A DNA stretch of 64,000 nt from the human T2T-CHM13v2.0 reference genome, Homo sapiens: assembly GCF_009914755.1 (NCBI RefSeq), contig NC_060925.1. One strand, 5' to 3'. The translations under genes were made by a program, and so were the position numbers. Below, piece by piece: positions 33,396 to 46,600 of this stretch (the stretch's first letter is position 1; each line of letters begins with the position of its first letter). Under the pieces are notes generated by a model that made no database searches, had not been told where the DNA came from, and was given only the letters and a program-made list of their open reading frames with translations.

Positions 33396-35559
33396 TATTA
33401 GACAAAAGCTTCCTAAGGCCCCAAAACACATCTGCGCTCATCAGTGTACCCCTAACACCTAGTAGAGTGCCTTACACAACTTTCCTCTAGACACAGGCCC
33501 ACAATCATCTTGCAATTTATTATTGGGGTCCATGTTTACATAGAAAGCCATTTTCTCTGGTTCCAGACACTTTGAAGCTAGTGTAGTCTTGTCTCACAGC
33601 AGGATGAAGTCTCAACTATATGCAAGACTTTAGCCAGAGGTCTTTAGAGCTCCTGATCTTAGTGAATTTTCTTCTCCAAGCTGTTGAAAAGAATTCTGTG
33701 GTTTGAGTGATCTACGAGAAAGGAAGACAAGTTGCTCACTTCACTGAGCTGATTCTGGTGATCCATATCTGTATAAAAGCATAGGTGAGTCTCCATTGCC
33801 TGGGTGCCTTGGAGACATCAGGGATTTAAAAGGTCCTGAGGATTAGGAAGGGCCTTCAAGACAGACTGTTGAGAGTAGGGACTTTTAATTCTCATGTGTT
33901 TTGTCACCCTAGCTTCTCCCAAGAGACTGCTGGTAGGGTAGGATAGGATAATGTGTATAAATTATCCTTTACATAGTAGCAGTTAAATAGATGCTTTCTT
34001 CCTGTTTCTCTTTTCATCCTTGAGCTTTTAAGTCCCTATTCAGTTTTGCAACCAAAAGGTAAAGTTTGGGGGGGAATACAGAAACTCTGTTTTTAATGAT
34101 GTTGAAGAGAGGAATCTAAAAAAGAACCTTGTAATAATCAAGGAGCCCTGACTTCCACCTTCACTGCTCTTCACATTTACTAGATCATTAGACTGTTTTG
34201 TTGAAACATAGAAGCTAACATTTAAAACAGAACTGGAGAAGGAAGACAGGTCCTCTAAATAGTGATGAAGACAAGGAAGATACAAACAGAATTCAATTAG
34301 TTGACAGTGATGTAGTCTGCTGTGTGTGACACTGTATTGGACACTGTGGATGACTTAGGCTTAGGTTCCATCTCCAGTTGTTCAGAACACTTCTAACTTA
34401 AAATCTCATGGGTGGCACAAGGTATAAATATTAGTAAAACTAAATATCAAGTGTCCATAATTAATAACAATTTATTACAACTCCCAAAGAGAAGTTTCAA
34501 GACAATATAAAAGGAATAGCCAAGTGTAGGGTAGTAAGAATAAATGGTAGGCAATTACCGCAAAGTGGAGATTGCTATAGCTTAGCTTCATTTGAGAAGT
34601 TTTCAGAAATCAGACCAGATAAGAGATAATTTTTAAAAGACGCACAGGATTTAGGTTGCATGGATTTACTACATGTTGCCCAGGCCAGTTTACCCAATAT
34701 AATTTTTTTATAGGAGTAGATGTTGATTTGTTTTGCTTGCTTCCAAAACATACACAGCTCCAGAAAATGATTCACCTTTTTTTGTATTTTCTTTTTGAAT
34801 TGAGATTCCTGAAAACTCTACTTTAAAAATAACAAGTTCTCAAGGTAGTTTCATACATATGTATTTCCCATTGCTCCCTGTGGTTCTTCTTACATAGTGC
34901 TTAGAATCTGGGTAGACATAAAACACCAAGGAGATTGTGAATTAATAGTTCTGAACCACACTAACAAAATTTTAGACCTTTCCTATCCCCAATTTCCTTC
35001 TGTGGCTCTTATTGTCAGTGGCCTCTGTTTTATTCCTTTAGCCTCTGGTGCCAATCCCCCCACCTTTACCATCTGCCTACTGATCTCTCTCCCCTACAAC
35101 ACAAGAGTCTTTCTAAAACTCAGATCTGGACATACTACTACCTTGATTAATGCTGTCAATGTTTCCTCCTCATTACTTGCAGCAACAGTCTGCAGGGTAT
35201 GCATATTCCTGTGGATAATAAACAACATCCCAAGGAGTGCTCAAACAAGGATAGTTTTAAAAGAATTGATTTTCAGATATCCAACTTCTATTTATTCTCT
35301 TTCCTAAAGTTGATGTGCCTGAGAAAGCACCTGTGGTCACAAAATCGTCAATTGTTCCTTTTCAACTTTCCCAAAAAACAGGCAAATATCACACTTTTTC
35401 TAAATTGTTATGGGAAATTCTCTAGGTTGTAAACACCTTCCGGGAACCACAAAAAGGCAACAATTTGAAATATTAGTGTACAACAATTCGAAATATCAGT
35501 GTCGTGTAGAAAGTGAATATCCCTCACAAATGGGTAATAAACTGCATTGCAAGTTTGGT

Positions 35560-35900
35560 GAGTTTCATATTCATTGTTTGTAAAGACTGAGAAAGAAATT
35601 GAAGGAAAACCCAAATTGTTAGCTAAGTATAGTTTGATAATGGATCATTATGTAATTTTTAGTCACGTGACTCATAAAGAATTCTAAGAACTGAGGGACA
35701 TTGCTGTAACAAAACTTTTTCCATTTCCATCTATGTATTTATATGAAAAGTTTCTCAGACCTCCATCTTTAAAAATGAAAAAAAATGCAAAAGAATTGAT
35801 GCTGATCCTTGCCTCATTCTAGCAAAAAATTGACATTCATCCATGGGTTTTAAAACTAACTTTCAGAGGGCACTATCTCTTTTATTAAGAGATTCAATGC
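35560..35900 (+). mobile_element. hAT-Charlie transposase relic (C-terminal dimerisation domain)
   Basis: From ~35703 translates AVTKLFPFPSMYLYEKF, like the Charlie motif A.K.LLPF.TTYLCE.GFS. Confidence 0.55.
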
Positions 35901-36893
35901 CCATAGAAATTTTAAGTTTGTTTAATATTTATTGAAATTTATAATTCAATTATTCTTTTTGACAGACTATCCATGCTCTATATCAAGTTTGAACAGGTTT
36001 ACTAGCCAAATATATTCATTGTTAATTTAGAAAAATGTCTTCATTTAAAATGTTTTCAAACTTATTTTTGTATTTTAAGTTTTTGGATAAGGGCTTGAGA
36101 AATAATTCTGTGCTAACAATTGTAATGATAAACTCAATCAAGATGAAAATTTAATAAAAATATATTATGGTTCCAGAAAAATTCTTAGCTGTTACATTTT
36201 TAAGGGAAATATGAGGGAAGATCAATAAAATGCTTTCATAAAAGAAAGTAATTACCAAGATAAAATTTTAAACAGGACCACACTTCTGTGTGAGAGTAGT
36301 TTTGTACACATGGAATGTCTACCCATTGTCAATCATCTTAGGAAGAAGTCAATTCTCAAGCAAGCAAGGAAGTTTCAAGTGGTGGCCTTTAGAATTGTTG
36401 AAAGAACATTTTTCTCTTGCTGATCAAGATCTTATTTTGGCTGGTAATTACTTATACTTTGACACATGGAAAAGTTGACGATAACTAGGCACTTTGAATC
36501 TAAATGATAGCAGAGGGAAGATAATCAATTGAGCCACTATTTTAAACACCAGAAATTACAGTGAGATTTTTACAGTTTTCACAGAACAAGGAGCTTAGCT
36601 CTAGGTGGGGAAAGAAGCACACACACACACAGAAATAAACAAAAAATATATTTTTTAATATATACTTCACAGTATCTACTTAAAATATGAGAAACCTAGA
36701 AATAAATCTAACAAAATCTGTGTAATATTTTTATGGAAAAGAATTATAATATTTTACTGAAAGACTTTAAAGAAGCCCTAAATACATGTTCATAAATTGG
36801 AAGACTCATAGGATGTCAATTCTCTCCCAAATCAGTTTATGAATTTAAAAAGATGAAAAATAAAATCCCAACAGTGGTTTTCACGTAACTTAA

Positions 36894-37295
36894 TATTAAA
36901 GGCTGAATTATGGACTCACCAAATTCATATATTGAAGTACCTCCAAATGTAACTGTATGTTATAGATGGGGTCTTTAAAGGAGTGATTACATTAAATGAG
37001 GCTATTTGAGAATTCACTAATCCAGTAGAACCAGTGTCCTTGTGAGAAGGGGAAATTTGAACACAGGCAAGTACAGAGGGAAGATGACGTGAAGACACTG
37101 AGGAAGAGGATGGCATCTTTAAGTCAAGAAGAAAGGCTTGGCACAGATTCTTTCCCCATTGCCTTCAAAAGGAAGTAATCCTGCCTCACCTTGATCTTGG
37201 ACTTGGAACTGCCAGAACTGTGAGAAAATAAATTTCTATTATTTAAGTCACCCAACCTGTGGTACTTGTTATGGCAGCCCTAGCAAACTCATACA
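36894..37295 (+). mobile_element. MLT1B/C solo LTR inserted in L1M
   Basis: ...ttatggcagccctagcaaactcataca end; TSD cttaa/cttga. Confidence 0.8.
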
Positions 37296-38204
37296 CTTGA
37301 TAAGCCTTTTCTAAAATTTTATATTGAGGAAGCCCATGAACAGGCAAGACAAATTTGAAGAAACACAAGAGCTCTAAAGGGTATTAATAGTTTATTACAA
37401 AACTATATTAACTAAAAGACAGAGTAGTTTTGGTATAGAGACAAATAGACTAGTAGAACAGAATAGAGAGTGCAGAGATAGAGCCTGTGTTTACCAAAAG
37501 CTGATGCATGAGAGATGTTGGAGTAAGATTCAGTAAAAGATGCTATAACAACTGAAGTTCTCTAAAAAGAAATAAAAGTGAATTCTTACCTCACATGATA
37601 CGTAAAAATCACTCCCAAATGGAATAGAGTCTGAAATATGGAAAGAAAACCTTTAAACACCTAGAATATATTGGAAAATATCTTTATGTACTCAAGTTAG
37701 GAATAGAGTTATTAAATAAGACACAGTCATAAACACAAAGGGAAAGTAAACAATAACTCTACTACATTAAAATTGAACACATCTGTTCACAAAAGACACA
37801 ACACATGTGAAAAGGCGTTGTATAACAGCACAAATATTTATAACACGTAATCAATAAAAGAATTATCCTCAAAATATATAAATGACAATTATAAATCTGT
37901 AAGAAAAAAATAACCCAACAGTCCAAAAGAGATGAACAGGCAAATCTCAGAGGAGGAAACTTATGAAAAGAGGTTCAATCTCATCTCTAACTTGCATTCC
38001 AGGGAAATAAAAACTAAAACCGTTCCTCACATAGGCAAATGTTACAACATCTGCTACCACCAAATGCTGAAGAGGATGTGGGCAAGGAGAAAAGGGTATA
38101 CATCTCTTGTGGGCAAATACAGTGGTAGAACCACTTTTGAGGACAATTCAGCAATATTTAGTAAAATCAAAACTAAGCATACCCTATAATTCAGTAATCC
38201 AACT

Positions 38205-38207
<3 letters not shown>

Positions 38208-38250
<43 letters not shown>
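38208..38250. repeat. (TA)n microsatellite
   Basis: About 21 perfect TA units. Confidence 0.95.
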
Positions 38251-38257
<7 letters not shown>

Positions 38258-39429
38258 TTAAACACATTTTAATGGGCATACAGAGACATGTACAAGAATT
38301 TTCATACAAATACTTTTGTAATAATAACTGAAGAAAGCCTAAATATTCATCTATAGGAAAAGAAGTATATAATTTAACCGCAGTGAAAATAAATGAATAA
38401 GAGCATCACAAATAAATATGGATGATTCTCACAATCATAATAATTAGATAAAAGATTAAGTTGCAAAAGAATGTATATAAATGTGTGTATGAACACAAAT
38501 ACCTATATATAAAATGAGATGCCATTAATATCAAGCTAAAATAAAACCATTGTTAATGGGAACATACAAATGAAATTTTAAAAAAGTATTTTTAAGGAAT
38601 TGGAATTTCAAGCCCAAATTTGGGACAGTATTTCTATGTGGGTGGCGGCATAATGTGGGGAAGGTGATACACAGAAATACCATCGATTTTGGTAACATTT
38701 CATTTCTTAAGTTTATTATGATAGATTTGTACCTTTCATATATTTTAAATACTGTATAACACATTAAAAGGTCTGTTACATCCAAATTATTACAAACAAG
38801 TAAAACTTTATTAGCAGTCATTATCTTCTTCCTAGCCATCATTTATCATTTCCCATAATTACTTTTATCATTTTTCAGAAGCATAATCTTCCTAAAAATA
38901 TAGTTGTTTACATTTCAAATGGGTAGAGGCAGACTATGTTGTAGAAAAACTTGATTGAAAGAGGGTCTTTATTTCTTTACATTGAATGGCAACAAAATGC
39001 AACAGATAAATCTTTCACATGACAGACCAAAGAAATTTTTCCTTAATAAGAATGACCATAATTAATCATCTAAATGGGAACACTTTTGAGAAAGAAATAG
39101 AGAAATATTAAGTTAAATTAAATTAAATGGAGAAATAATAAATGGGGCAAATGAAGTGGAAAGAGGCACTGTCCGAGACAAACTTACTCTTAGTTGATCA
39201 TTTCACTAACCAATGCCCTTTGCTTCCGTCACTGATTGCTAACCTGGGCTTTCTTCTTAGCACACAAAAGTACCTGAATAAACAATATATTTTGTGTCCC
39301 TGTCATAGTTTTCCCTTTATAAGGGCTAATTCCTAGATTTCCGTTTCTGATAAATTGTTGAGCGATCTGGAGAAAAAATTTCTGGTATATATCACCAAAC
39401 AGTGCTTGATAAGTGTTTTAAAGATACAG

Positions 39430-40880
39430 TTGAGCTGGAGAAAAGTAAGGTCAGAAAAAGTGAATGCCAGAACAGACAAGAAAGTGGGAAACAAGAGAGA
39501 TAAAGGAGTTCTTTGCCTTGAAAGTGGCTTTGGTCCTTAATGCTTCAACTGGGAGACCAGAGACCAAGTGGGAGGATGGTCCAGAAACCACTTTTTCCAT
39601 CTGGGACATGAAAAATGATATCCTCAAGGAGTAATTAGAGGAAAGATGCTCTTTAGTGAAGATATTTGTCTTCTCCACATTGACCGTGAGAAGAAAGAGA
39701 AAAAGAAAATAAATCTCTGAGTGTTCTCAAACACAAGCCATCTGTCACATGACTTTGGGCAAGATTTCACACTTCAGTGTGGCCAGTGAACTTGAAATTT
39801 AAACAATTTAAAAAATTTAGTTGAAAGTAGTCCCATGGTGGTAGTGTTTGGCAGGTAACTTACTAACAGAACATAAATAGATCCTTTTTAGGGAAAATTA
39901 CATTTAATCACATTAAATCACCCACAGAAAAAGTGATACAGATAAGATTTCCAGTCATATGAGCTCAGAAGTCATATGAAGCAAGAGTGAGCAGAAACAA
40001 TAAACTGCAGAGTTAGATCTGATAAGATTTATAGATTAAAATTAGTAGGTATTTTTAAAGGCTGTTTAATATGCTTAAAGAACCAAGGGAGTATTAAATA
40101 ATGACCAAGAAGATGTGAAAAGGAAACAAAACTTTTAGAAATGAGAAATATAATAACTAAAATTAGAACTCGGTGGACAGGCAGAATAGAATATTAGACA
40201 AAGCTAAAGATAGAGAATTAAAGGCTATGAAAATTTCACAGATTGCATTACAGATTATTTTATTTTTAATCTTTTTTTTATTCCAGCATACACTTGTAAA
40301 CAACTCATGGATCAAGTAAGAACTCATAATGGAAAACAAAATACTGAATGTAAAAACTAAAACACTGGTGGGGTCCAGCCAAAGCTGTATTTAAAGGAAT
40401 TGTGTACTGTAAATGGTAATACTGGGAAATAAAAAGAAGGAAGGCTTAAAATACATGAGCCATGCATTCACCTTAAGAAGTTAGAATGAAAACAAGAGAA
40501 TAAACCCAAGGAAAGTAGAAGAAAGGGTATTTATTATAAAAATAAAATCAAAAATGGATTGAATAGACAACAAAGATACAATAGAGAAGTTTGGCAAACC
40601 AAATTCAGTAATGTATAACAAAATGAATATGTAATATCTGTGTGGAATTTATATCAGCTATTCAAGATTTAAAATGTTAAAAAGCCAAGTAATGTAATTG
40701 GACACCTTATGTTCTTAAGAAAGGAGAAAAAAGTATGAAAATCTCAGTAGATGTGGGAAACGCACTCAATAGAATGTAACCCCCATTTATGATGATAAAC
40801 TGAGAAACAAAGGGAATTTTCTTAATCTGATATTGATTCGCTCTTTAAACTCTATGAGGAAATATCATATTCAATGTGGT
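39430..40880 (+). mobile_element. Very diverged L1M ORF1/ORF2 fragments
   Basis: aaacccaaggaaagtagaagaaag; atctcagtagatgtgggaaa (ISxDA motif); agggaattttcttaatctgata. Confidence 0.55.
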
Positions 40881-41254
40881 ACTTACCATTGCTTCATTTT
40901 ATAGTAGAGACCAACTTATACTGTAATAATATAAACTCCTGCAAGGAAATGTGTTTTCTGTATGGGTACTAGGTATACTGGGTTGCATTTTAACATAACA
41001 ATAAATAGTTAACTTTTCCACTGGACAAATAAACCTTGAGATACATGATTATTGGAACAGGACAATAATACAGGACCTTGCATCTAATTAGTAAGGTGGG
41101 TTCAAAAATTGCATGATGCACCATGGAAAATCTTTCTCATTTTATGAGAATGACATTTGAAAAAAATTGAAAAAAAATTGTTACTTGGCTGTTTCTAGAA
41201 TTATCCTTTCTAGATTAAAAACAAAAACAAACAAAACTTCCACTTATGATCTCT

Positions 41255-41455
41255 GAAGGCAGAGAGAACTGGGCTAAAATTCTAATTCTTCCTTTTACTA
41301 GCTATTTACTCTTTGGAAGATACTTAAACTGCCTGTTTCTCAGTTTATCTGTAAAATGGGAATGATCACATCTGTATCATAAGGTGTTATACAAATTAAA
41401 GAAACACAGAATTTACCATGCACCCAGCACAAGGTCAAAGCTCAACAAATAGATA
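41255..41455 (+). mobile_element. MIR
   Basis: ctgggctaaaattctaattctt...ttctcagtttatctgtaaaatgggaatgat. Confidence 0.65.
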
Positions 41456-41714
41456 ACAAATTCATATCTATTTGTATTTCCATGTCTATTTCTCTTTTGG
41501 AGTAGCTCAGACTTTAAAATCCTACTTACACATTCCTGATTTTATATTTAGCTGCACATTGGGAAATGAAGGCAAAAAGTCTGCATCTAAGACTAGGACT
41601 GAGTATTAAAGGTGGAACAGCACCCTCCTGAGGACAAAGTGGATTTGACAGCCATTGTCACCTCAAGAGTCCTTAGACGGTAGCTAGCTGCCACTTGCCT
41701 TGGGAACCAGAACC

Positions 41715-41877
41715 AGCAACATAATTGGCAAGGCTCAGGGCAGAATAAAAATATGGTGCCCTTTGTTTAAAAAGTATCTAGAATTTTGAGACAGCAATAA
41801 CAGAGCATTAAGCCAAGCAAAGGACCCCTTGAGCTATAGGGTGTTTTGTTACTTCATGGTTGCATGCCCATAAAGCA
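41715..41877. mobile_element. MER45A-like hAT-Tip100 MITE
   Basis: aaaaatatggtgccctttgtttaaaaag...ggttgcatgcccataaagc. Confidence 0.5.
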
Positions 41878-42863
41878 TCTCTCTCCATTTTCACTCATAG
41901 AGAAACAGGATTTGGTTCTTATTATTAAACCAAAAGATCTCTTATGTATGATCTTTAGTCAGTAAAACTTAGTTTCAGTTTGGTGTTTTGCTGGAAGACA
42001 TATCCGGACAGTCAGTTTCCTTCCACTGGGTGTTTTTTTTTTCTTTCTGTAAACAAACTTTATTTGCATTCTCTTATTAACATTAAAGGTTTACTGAGTT
42101 TAGTAAGAATAAAAACTCTCTGTAAATGTAATTACTTTTAGAATTTATTTCCTTTTAAAAGTGTTCCTAAAGGAATTCCTGAAACACATCAAATTTTTCA
42201 GATCGTTACCTCTGAGGAAAGGCAGAAGTGATGAGAATTTTGGAGGAGAACATGGGAGAAGAGCTTCGACTCTACCTATAATATTTTATTTCCAAATCTA
42301 AATACATATTAAAATTCAATAAAGCTGGGTGGTAGGCATACATATAATATATTCAACTCTGTAAGCTTCTGCCTTTGCAATTTTTTATGATAAAAGTATT
42401 TCCAAAAATCCTAAACTAATTATGGTCTTTAAATATAATTTGGGGGAGTTAAGAAAAGAATCTGAATTTAAGTTCTGCCATGCAGTGTGGCTGCATGAAC
42501 TTGGCCACGTTCCTTTAACTCCTTGAGCTTCCATTCTCTTATAAATTGAGAGGGTTGAACATATAATCTTTAAAGCCCCTTTTAGGCTATTAATCTTTAC
42601 TTCCATGAAACAAACAATATATTTAGAACATAATTTGATATAAGTTACAATTTCTCAATGTGCATAATTAATTGTGAAGTGGTGGGGCAGTGGGGTAAAA
42701 CTTGGTAAACCTAAAGTCTAACTGAAAAGAGAATACAGTATGTGGGTATTTTTCCTTCTCTCAACTTTGCTTTTAAGAGAAACAGGCTAACCATGAAAAC
42801 AAAAACAAACAAACAAAAACACATCAAAAGCCTCATGTCAAATATTCAGAAGTTTCCATTTTT

Positions 42864-43187
42864 TTGTTGTTATTGTTGTTGTTGTTTGTGGTTTTTTGTT
42901 TGTTTGTTTTAGAGACGGAGTCTTGCTCTGTTGCTCAGGCTGGAGTGCAATGATGCAATCTTGGCTCACTGCAACCTCCGCGGTTCAAGTGAATCTCCTG
43001 CCTCAGCCTCCCAAGTAGCTGGGATTATAGGCACCCATCACCACGCCTGGCTAATTTTTGTATTTTTAGTAGAGATGGGGTTTCACCATGTTGACCAGGC
43101 TGGTCTTGAACTCCTGACTTCAAGGGATCTGCCCGCCTCAGCCTCCGGAAGTGCTGGGATTACAGGCGTGAGCCACCTCGCCCAGCC
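42864..43187 (-). mobile_element. AluSq/Sx-like SINE with (TTG)/(TTTG) tail
   Basis: Antisense full dimer; TSD tttccattttt / tttcaattttt. Confidence 0.93.
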
Positions 43188-43222
43188 TATTTCAATTTTT
43201 AAGGTAGAAAATTTGAAACTTT

Positions 43223-44191
43223 CAGCTGCGTGTGGTGGCATGTGCCTGTATTCCCAGCTACTTGGGAAGCTGCAACGGAAAGATTGCTTGAGCCTAGGAG
43301 TTTGAGGCTGCAGTGAGCTATGACCATGATGCTGCACTTCAGCCAGGGCAACAGAGCAAACTTGAAACAACCTTTGCAAAGATTATGACAGTGAAAGAAG
43401 TCTAGCACAGCTGACTCCACAGGCTGGCTTCTAGCCCCACAGGCTGGCTGTCCTCACTCATTCCTGGGTGTAGGCCAAGCTAACCATGGGAGGAATTTAG
43501 TTTATAGTTTAACTTTAATGTAAGGATGATTGATAATAGTCCCTTACTAAAACTGATCCCCTCCTGTTCAGGAATGGAAACCACCTTTGTTTGAATTTTT
43601 GGCATGAAAGAACAATGATTAGAATTACGGGAGGGGCCTGAATTCTGCTAAAATGTAGGTGTAGCTAAACAATAACCAGCCATTGTCCCTAGCTTGTTTT
43701 TCTATAATCTCTTAATGCTCAGGAATCATATGGCCAGAAGTCACAAGATTTGTGACTTTGCCAATTTCTCCTATAGATAACATCACTATTGTAAAACTTA
43801 AGATTGGTCTTTTGAGATATTTTTTAGACTTTTGCATTCTGGCAACTCACCCGACTGAGACCAGTGACTCATGACTCAGCTGGTCCTGTGTTTCCCACCC
43901 AGAGGTGGACTCAGCGCATGAGGACCATCCGTTTTCCACATTCCTATGATTTCATCACCAACCAATCAGCAGCACCCATCCTCTAGCTCCAAATTGCCCA
44001 TAAAAGCCCTAGCCTCTGAGTTCTCGAAGAGGCTGATTTGAGTAATAATAAACTCCTATTCTACCACTTGGCTGGCTTTGCATTAATTAAACTCTACTGC
44101 AATAATGCTATCTCAGTGAATTGGGCTTATCTATGCCACAGGCAAGAAGAATCTGTCATATGATTACAAGACCATGTTAAAAAAAAAAGAA
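43223..44191 (+). mobile_element. FRAM/AluJ right-arm monomer split by an LTR (43223-43362 and 44169-44191)
   Basis: Perfect 14-bp TSD AGAAAATTTGAAAC at 43206-43219 and 44192-44205 brackets monomer plus LTR. Confidence 0.85.
43363..44168 (+). mobile_element. LTR8-family ERV1 solo LTR
   Basis: TGAAACAACCTTTGCAAAGATTATGACAGTG...GATTACA; CCAAT ~43962, CATAAAA ~43999, AATAAA ~44047. Confidence 0.8.
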
Positions 44192-44799
44192 AGAAAATTT
44201 GAAACCTCTATTTCCAAATATTAGGAACTTGGAAAAATATGCACAAAGCTAGGATTTCTAGTAAGGTGGGGTTCATATACTTTCCTGATACACTTTCCTG
44301 ATACAGTTTTCCGTGTCAAGAGAGATAAGTCACTAGGTGATAAGCTAGATGTGATTAGGAGGGGGTGGTGAAGACTGTGACAAACTAGAAAGAGTATGTC
44401 CTAATTGGATAGTCAGCATTTAGCTTTAGTTTATTATTCCCATGTGTCAGTTTGAGGCTGACATTAACAAAGCTTCCCATTTTCCAAAAGAAGACCCAGA
44501 AACCAGAAGATACAGAAACCTGGACTTTTGGATATTTTTCGTAGTTTTTATTTGTTGGTAAATCATGCAGATCTTTTCTTAGAAGTGAGTTGTCTATCAG
44601 ATAAAAACATCAAAGGGCTCAATTTAATTCATACTATTAATGTTTTACTGACTTCTGGGCTTAAGTGTGTTTGTTGGTTATGTTCTGTTTTGAGGTTTTC
44701 AGTAACATTATTATCATGTCTACAGGAATTGAAGCTATTAGTTACTGAGCCCCAGGTTATTACCCCATACACACATTTTTCTGGTGACTTCAGCTCCTA

Positions 44800-45890
44800 G
44801 TTCATTCTCATGCTGTCTGTACTACTTATTATATCTGCACTCTTGGTGATTTCAACATATGCATATGTGATACTTTCACAGCCTGGCTGCTCAGATCCTT
44901 AATGTCTGCCCCCCAAAGATCTTGCTGTTCACCCTACTGCAGCAACCTTACTCCCCAGATCACATGGTAGATGTCAAGACTCCTAACTTCAATCCGGCCA
45001 TAACCCCACCCCACTCTCTGATCACCATCTTTCATCTTTCCAGTTTATTCCCTCTACCCTGACTGCTGGTTCCAATGTCTTTTGACTCTTCAAGTCACCT
45101 ACCTTCAATTGACCATTCTACCTTTTTACTATCCCTTTGAGGAAAGAAAAGAACTTTCATATGAGCAATTGAGCCCTTTCAAATTATCAGACTTGGAGAG
45201 GCATTAAAATGAGACAGCAATCATGTCCTACTTCCTCCCTTAGAGCTATGCATTAATCTCTGGAAACTGCATGCTATTGCACCAAGTAGCTATTAATTAA
45301 CCTAATAAGGCTGCACCGGACACTACAACCCATACCCTATAGGTTAACAATGTGTAGCCAATCACTAATCAATGTTATTTCTATAAAACAATGAGAATTC
45401 CTGACAAACCACTTTGCACCAGCCCACTCCTGTACCCGCTTTTATTTGCCTTTAAAAATCTGCTTGTAACAAACAGAGCTTATATCCAAGGTTACCCGGG
45501 TCTGAGTCTTCTGGGAAGCTATCCTCACTTTGGCTCAAGTGAACTCTTTAAATCACATTTTGTGCTTTAGCCTCTTTCTTTTAGGTTAACACCTTAATGC
45601 CCCAATATCCTCTCTTGCTTCTTATCCAGTTACAAATTCCAACGTCAATATTTATAGTCACTTACTTGCACATATTCAATTCCGTACCCATCTCTCTCTT
45701 TATTTTACCTGAAGGCAAAACCAGAATCCTGGCTAAATCCAAATCTCCAGTATTCCACATCTGCATTTCAGCTGGGAGCGTCTAGGGGAAAACATTCAGC
45801 TATGCCAATGGCAGTCACCTTAAATTCCTGACTGGAACCACAAAGGGGACCCTTAATTTTTTCAGATAATTGCCCTATATTTCTCTAGTT
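44800..45890 (+). mobile_element. L2 ORF-region fragment split by an LTR
   Basis: cttggtgatttcaacat (GDFN of the L2 endonuclease), ctctgatcaccat (SDH). Confidence 0.6.
45138..45591 (+). mobile_element. ERV1-class solo LTR (LTR54/MER57/MER72-like)
   Basis: TG...CA termini with perfect 4-bp TSD CCTT at 45134-45137 and 45592-45595. Confidence 0.75.
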
Positions 45891-45929
45891 TACTATGAGG
45901 TAAATGCTAGTAGTAAGAGGTACATATGT

Positions 45930-46600
45930 ACAATAGAAAAAAGAGAGAGAATATTATCATCAGAGAGTGGTGAGAAGATTATGAATATTGCAAATGAATG
46001 AATTTGCAGTATGGTAAGAAGGAAAGATTTTTGAAGGACAAAAACTAAATCATGCCATCAACAGTAAGCACAGTGCTTCAGCAAGACATAAAGAAGTGTT
46101 AAGGGCAGAATGGATAACCTTCTAAGTGTGGCTTGAGAATCAGCATCCATGCTGGAAGCCCGCTAGCTTAATATTCACTGAGGAGAAGGATCAACGTTTG
46201 TTAAAGCCCTAAAGACAAAGCAAGGTGAAAATGCTATTGCTGAGCGTTTTAGTGCAGCTCTTGAATGTGCAATGGTTCAAGGCCTATTGATCCCTGCACA
46301 TCACCAAAAGAGTAATGATGAGGCCAACAGACACTGGGGCATTCTGGGGCTGCCCTGGAGAGCATGAGTTGTGTGGGTGAGGAGAGGAGAAGATTATCGG
46401 CTTTTGCTAATTTTTAATGCAGATGAAACTGATCTAACTGTTCTATTTTGGGAAACGTTACCTGAGAGAATAACCATCAATTAGGTAGAAATTTGATCCC
46501 CATTTTAAAACTGCGAAGAGACTGCGAAGGGCCAAATCAAACTATAATTTGGTTGGAACTGCATCAAAGTAATACATGTGAGACCCCTTTCCAACACTTT
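45930..46600 (+). mobile_element. Tigger/pogo transposase relic
   Basis: 46410 onward translates IFNADETDLTVLFWETLPER (first D of the DDE motif); frameshifted CENP-B HTH-like MDNLLSV/WLENQ near 46110. Confidence 0.7.

Larger units (their letters stand above)
36640..38770 (+). mobile_element. Old L1M (L1MC/ME-like) ORF2 3' region and 3'UTR
   Basis: Degraded ORF2 text (attggaagactc...atgtcaattctc; gaacagaatagagagt; atgaacaggcaaatctcagaggaggaa). Confidence 0.7.
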
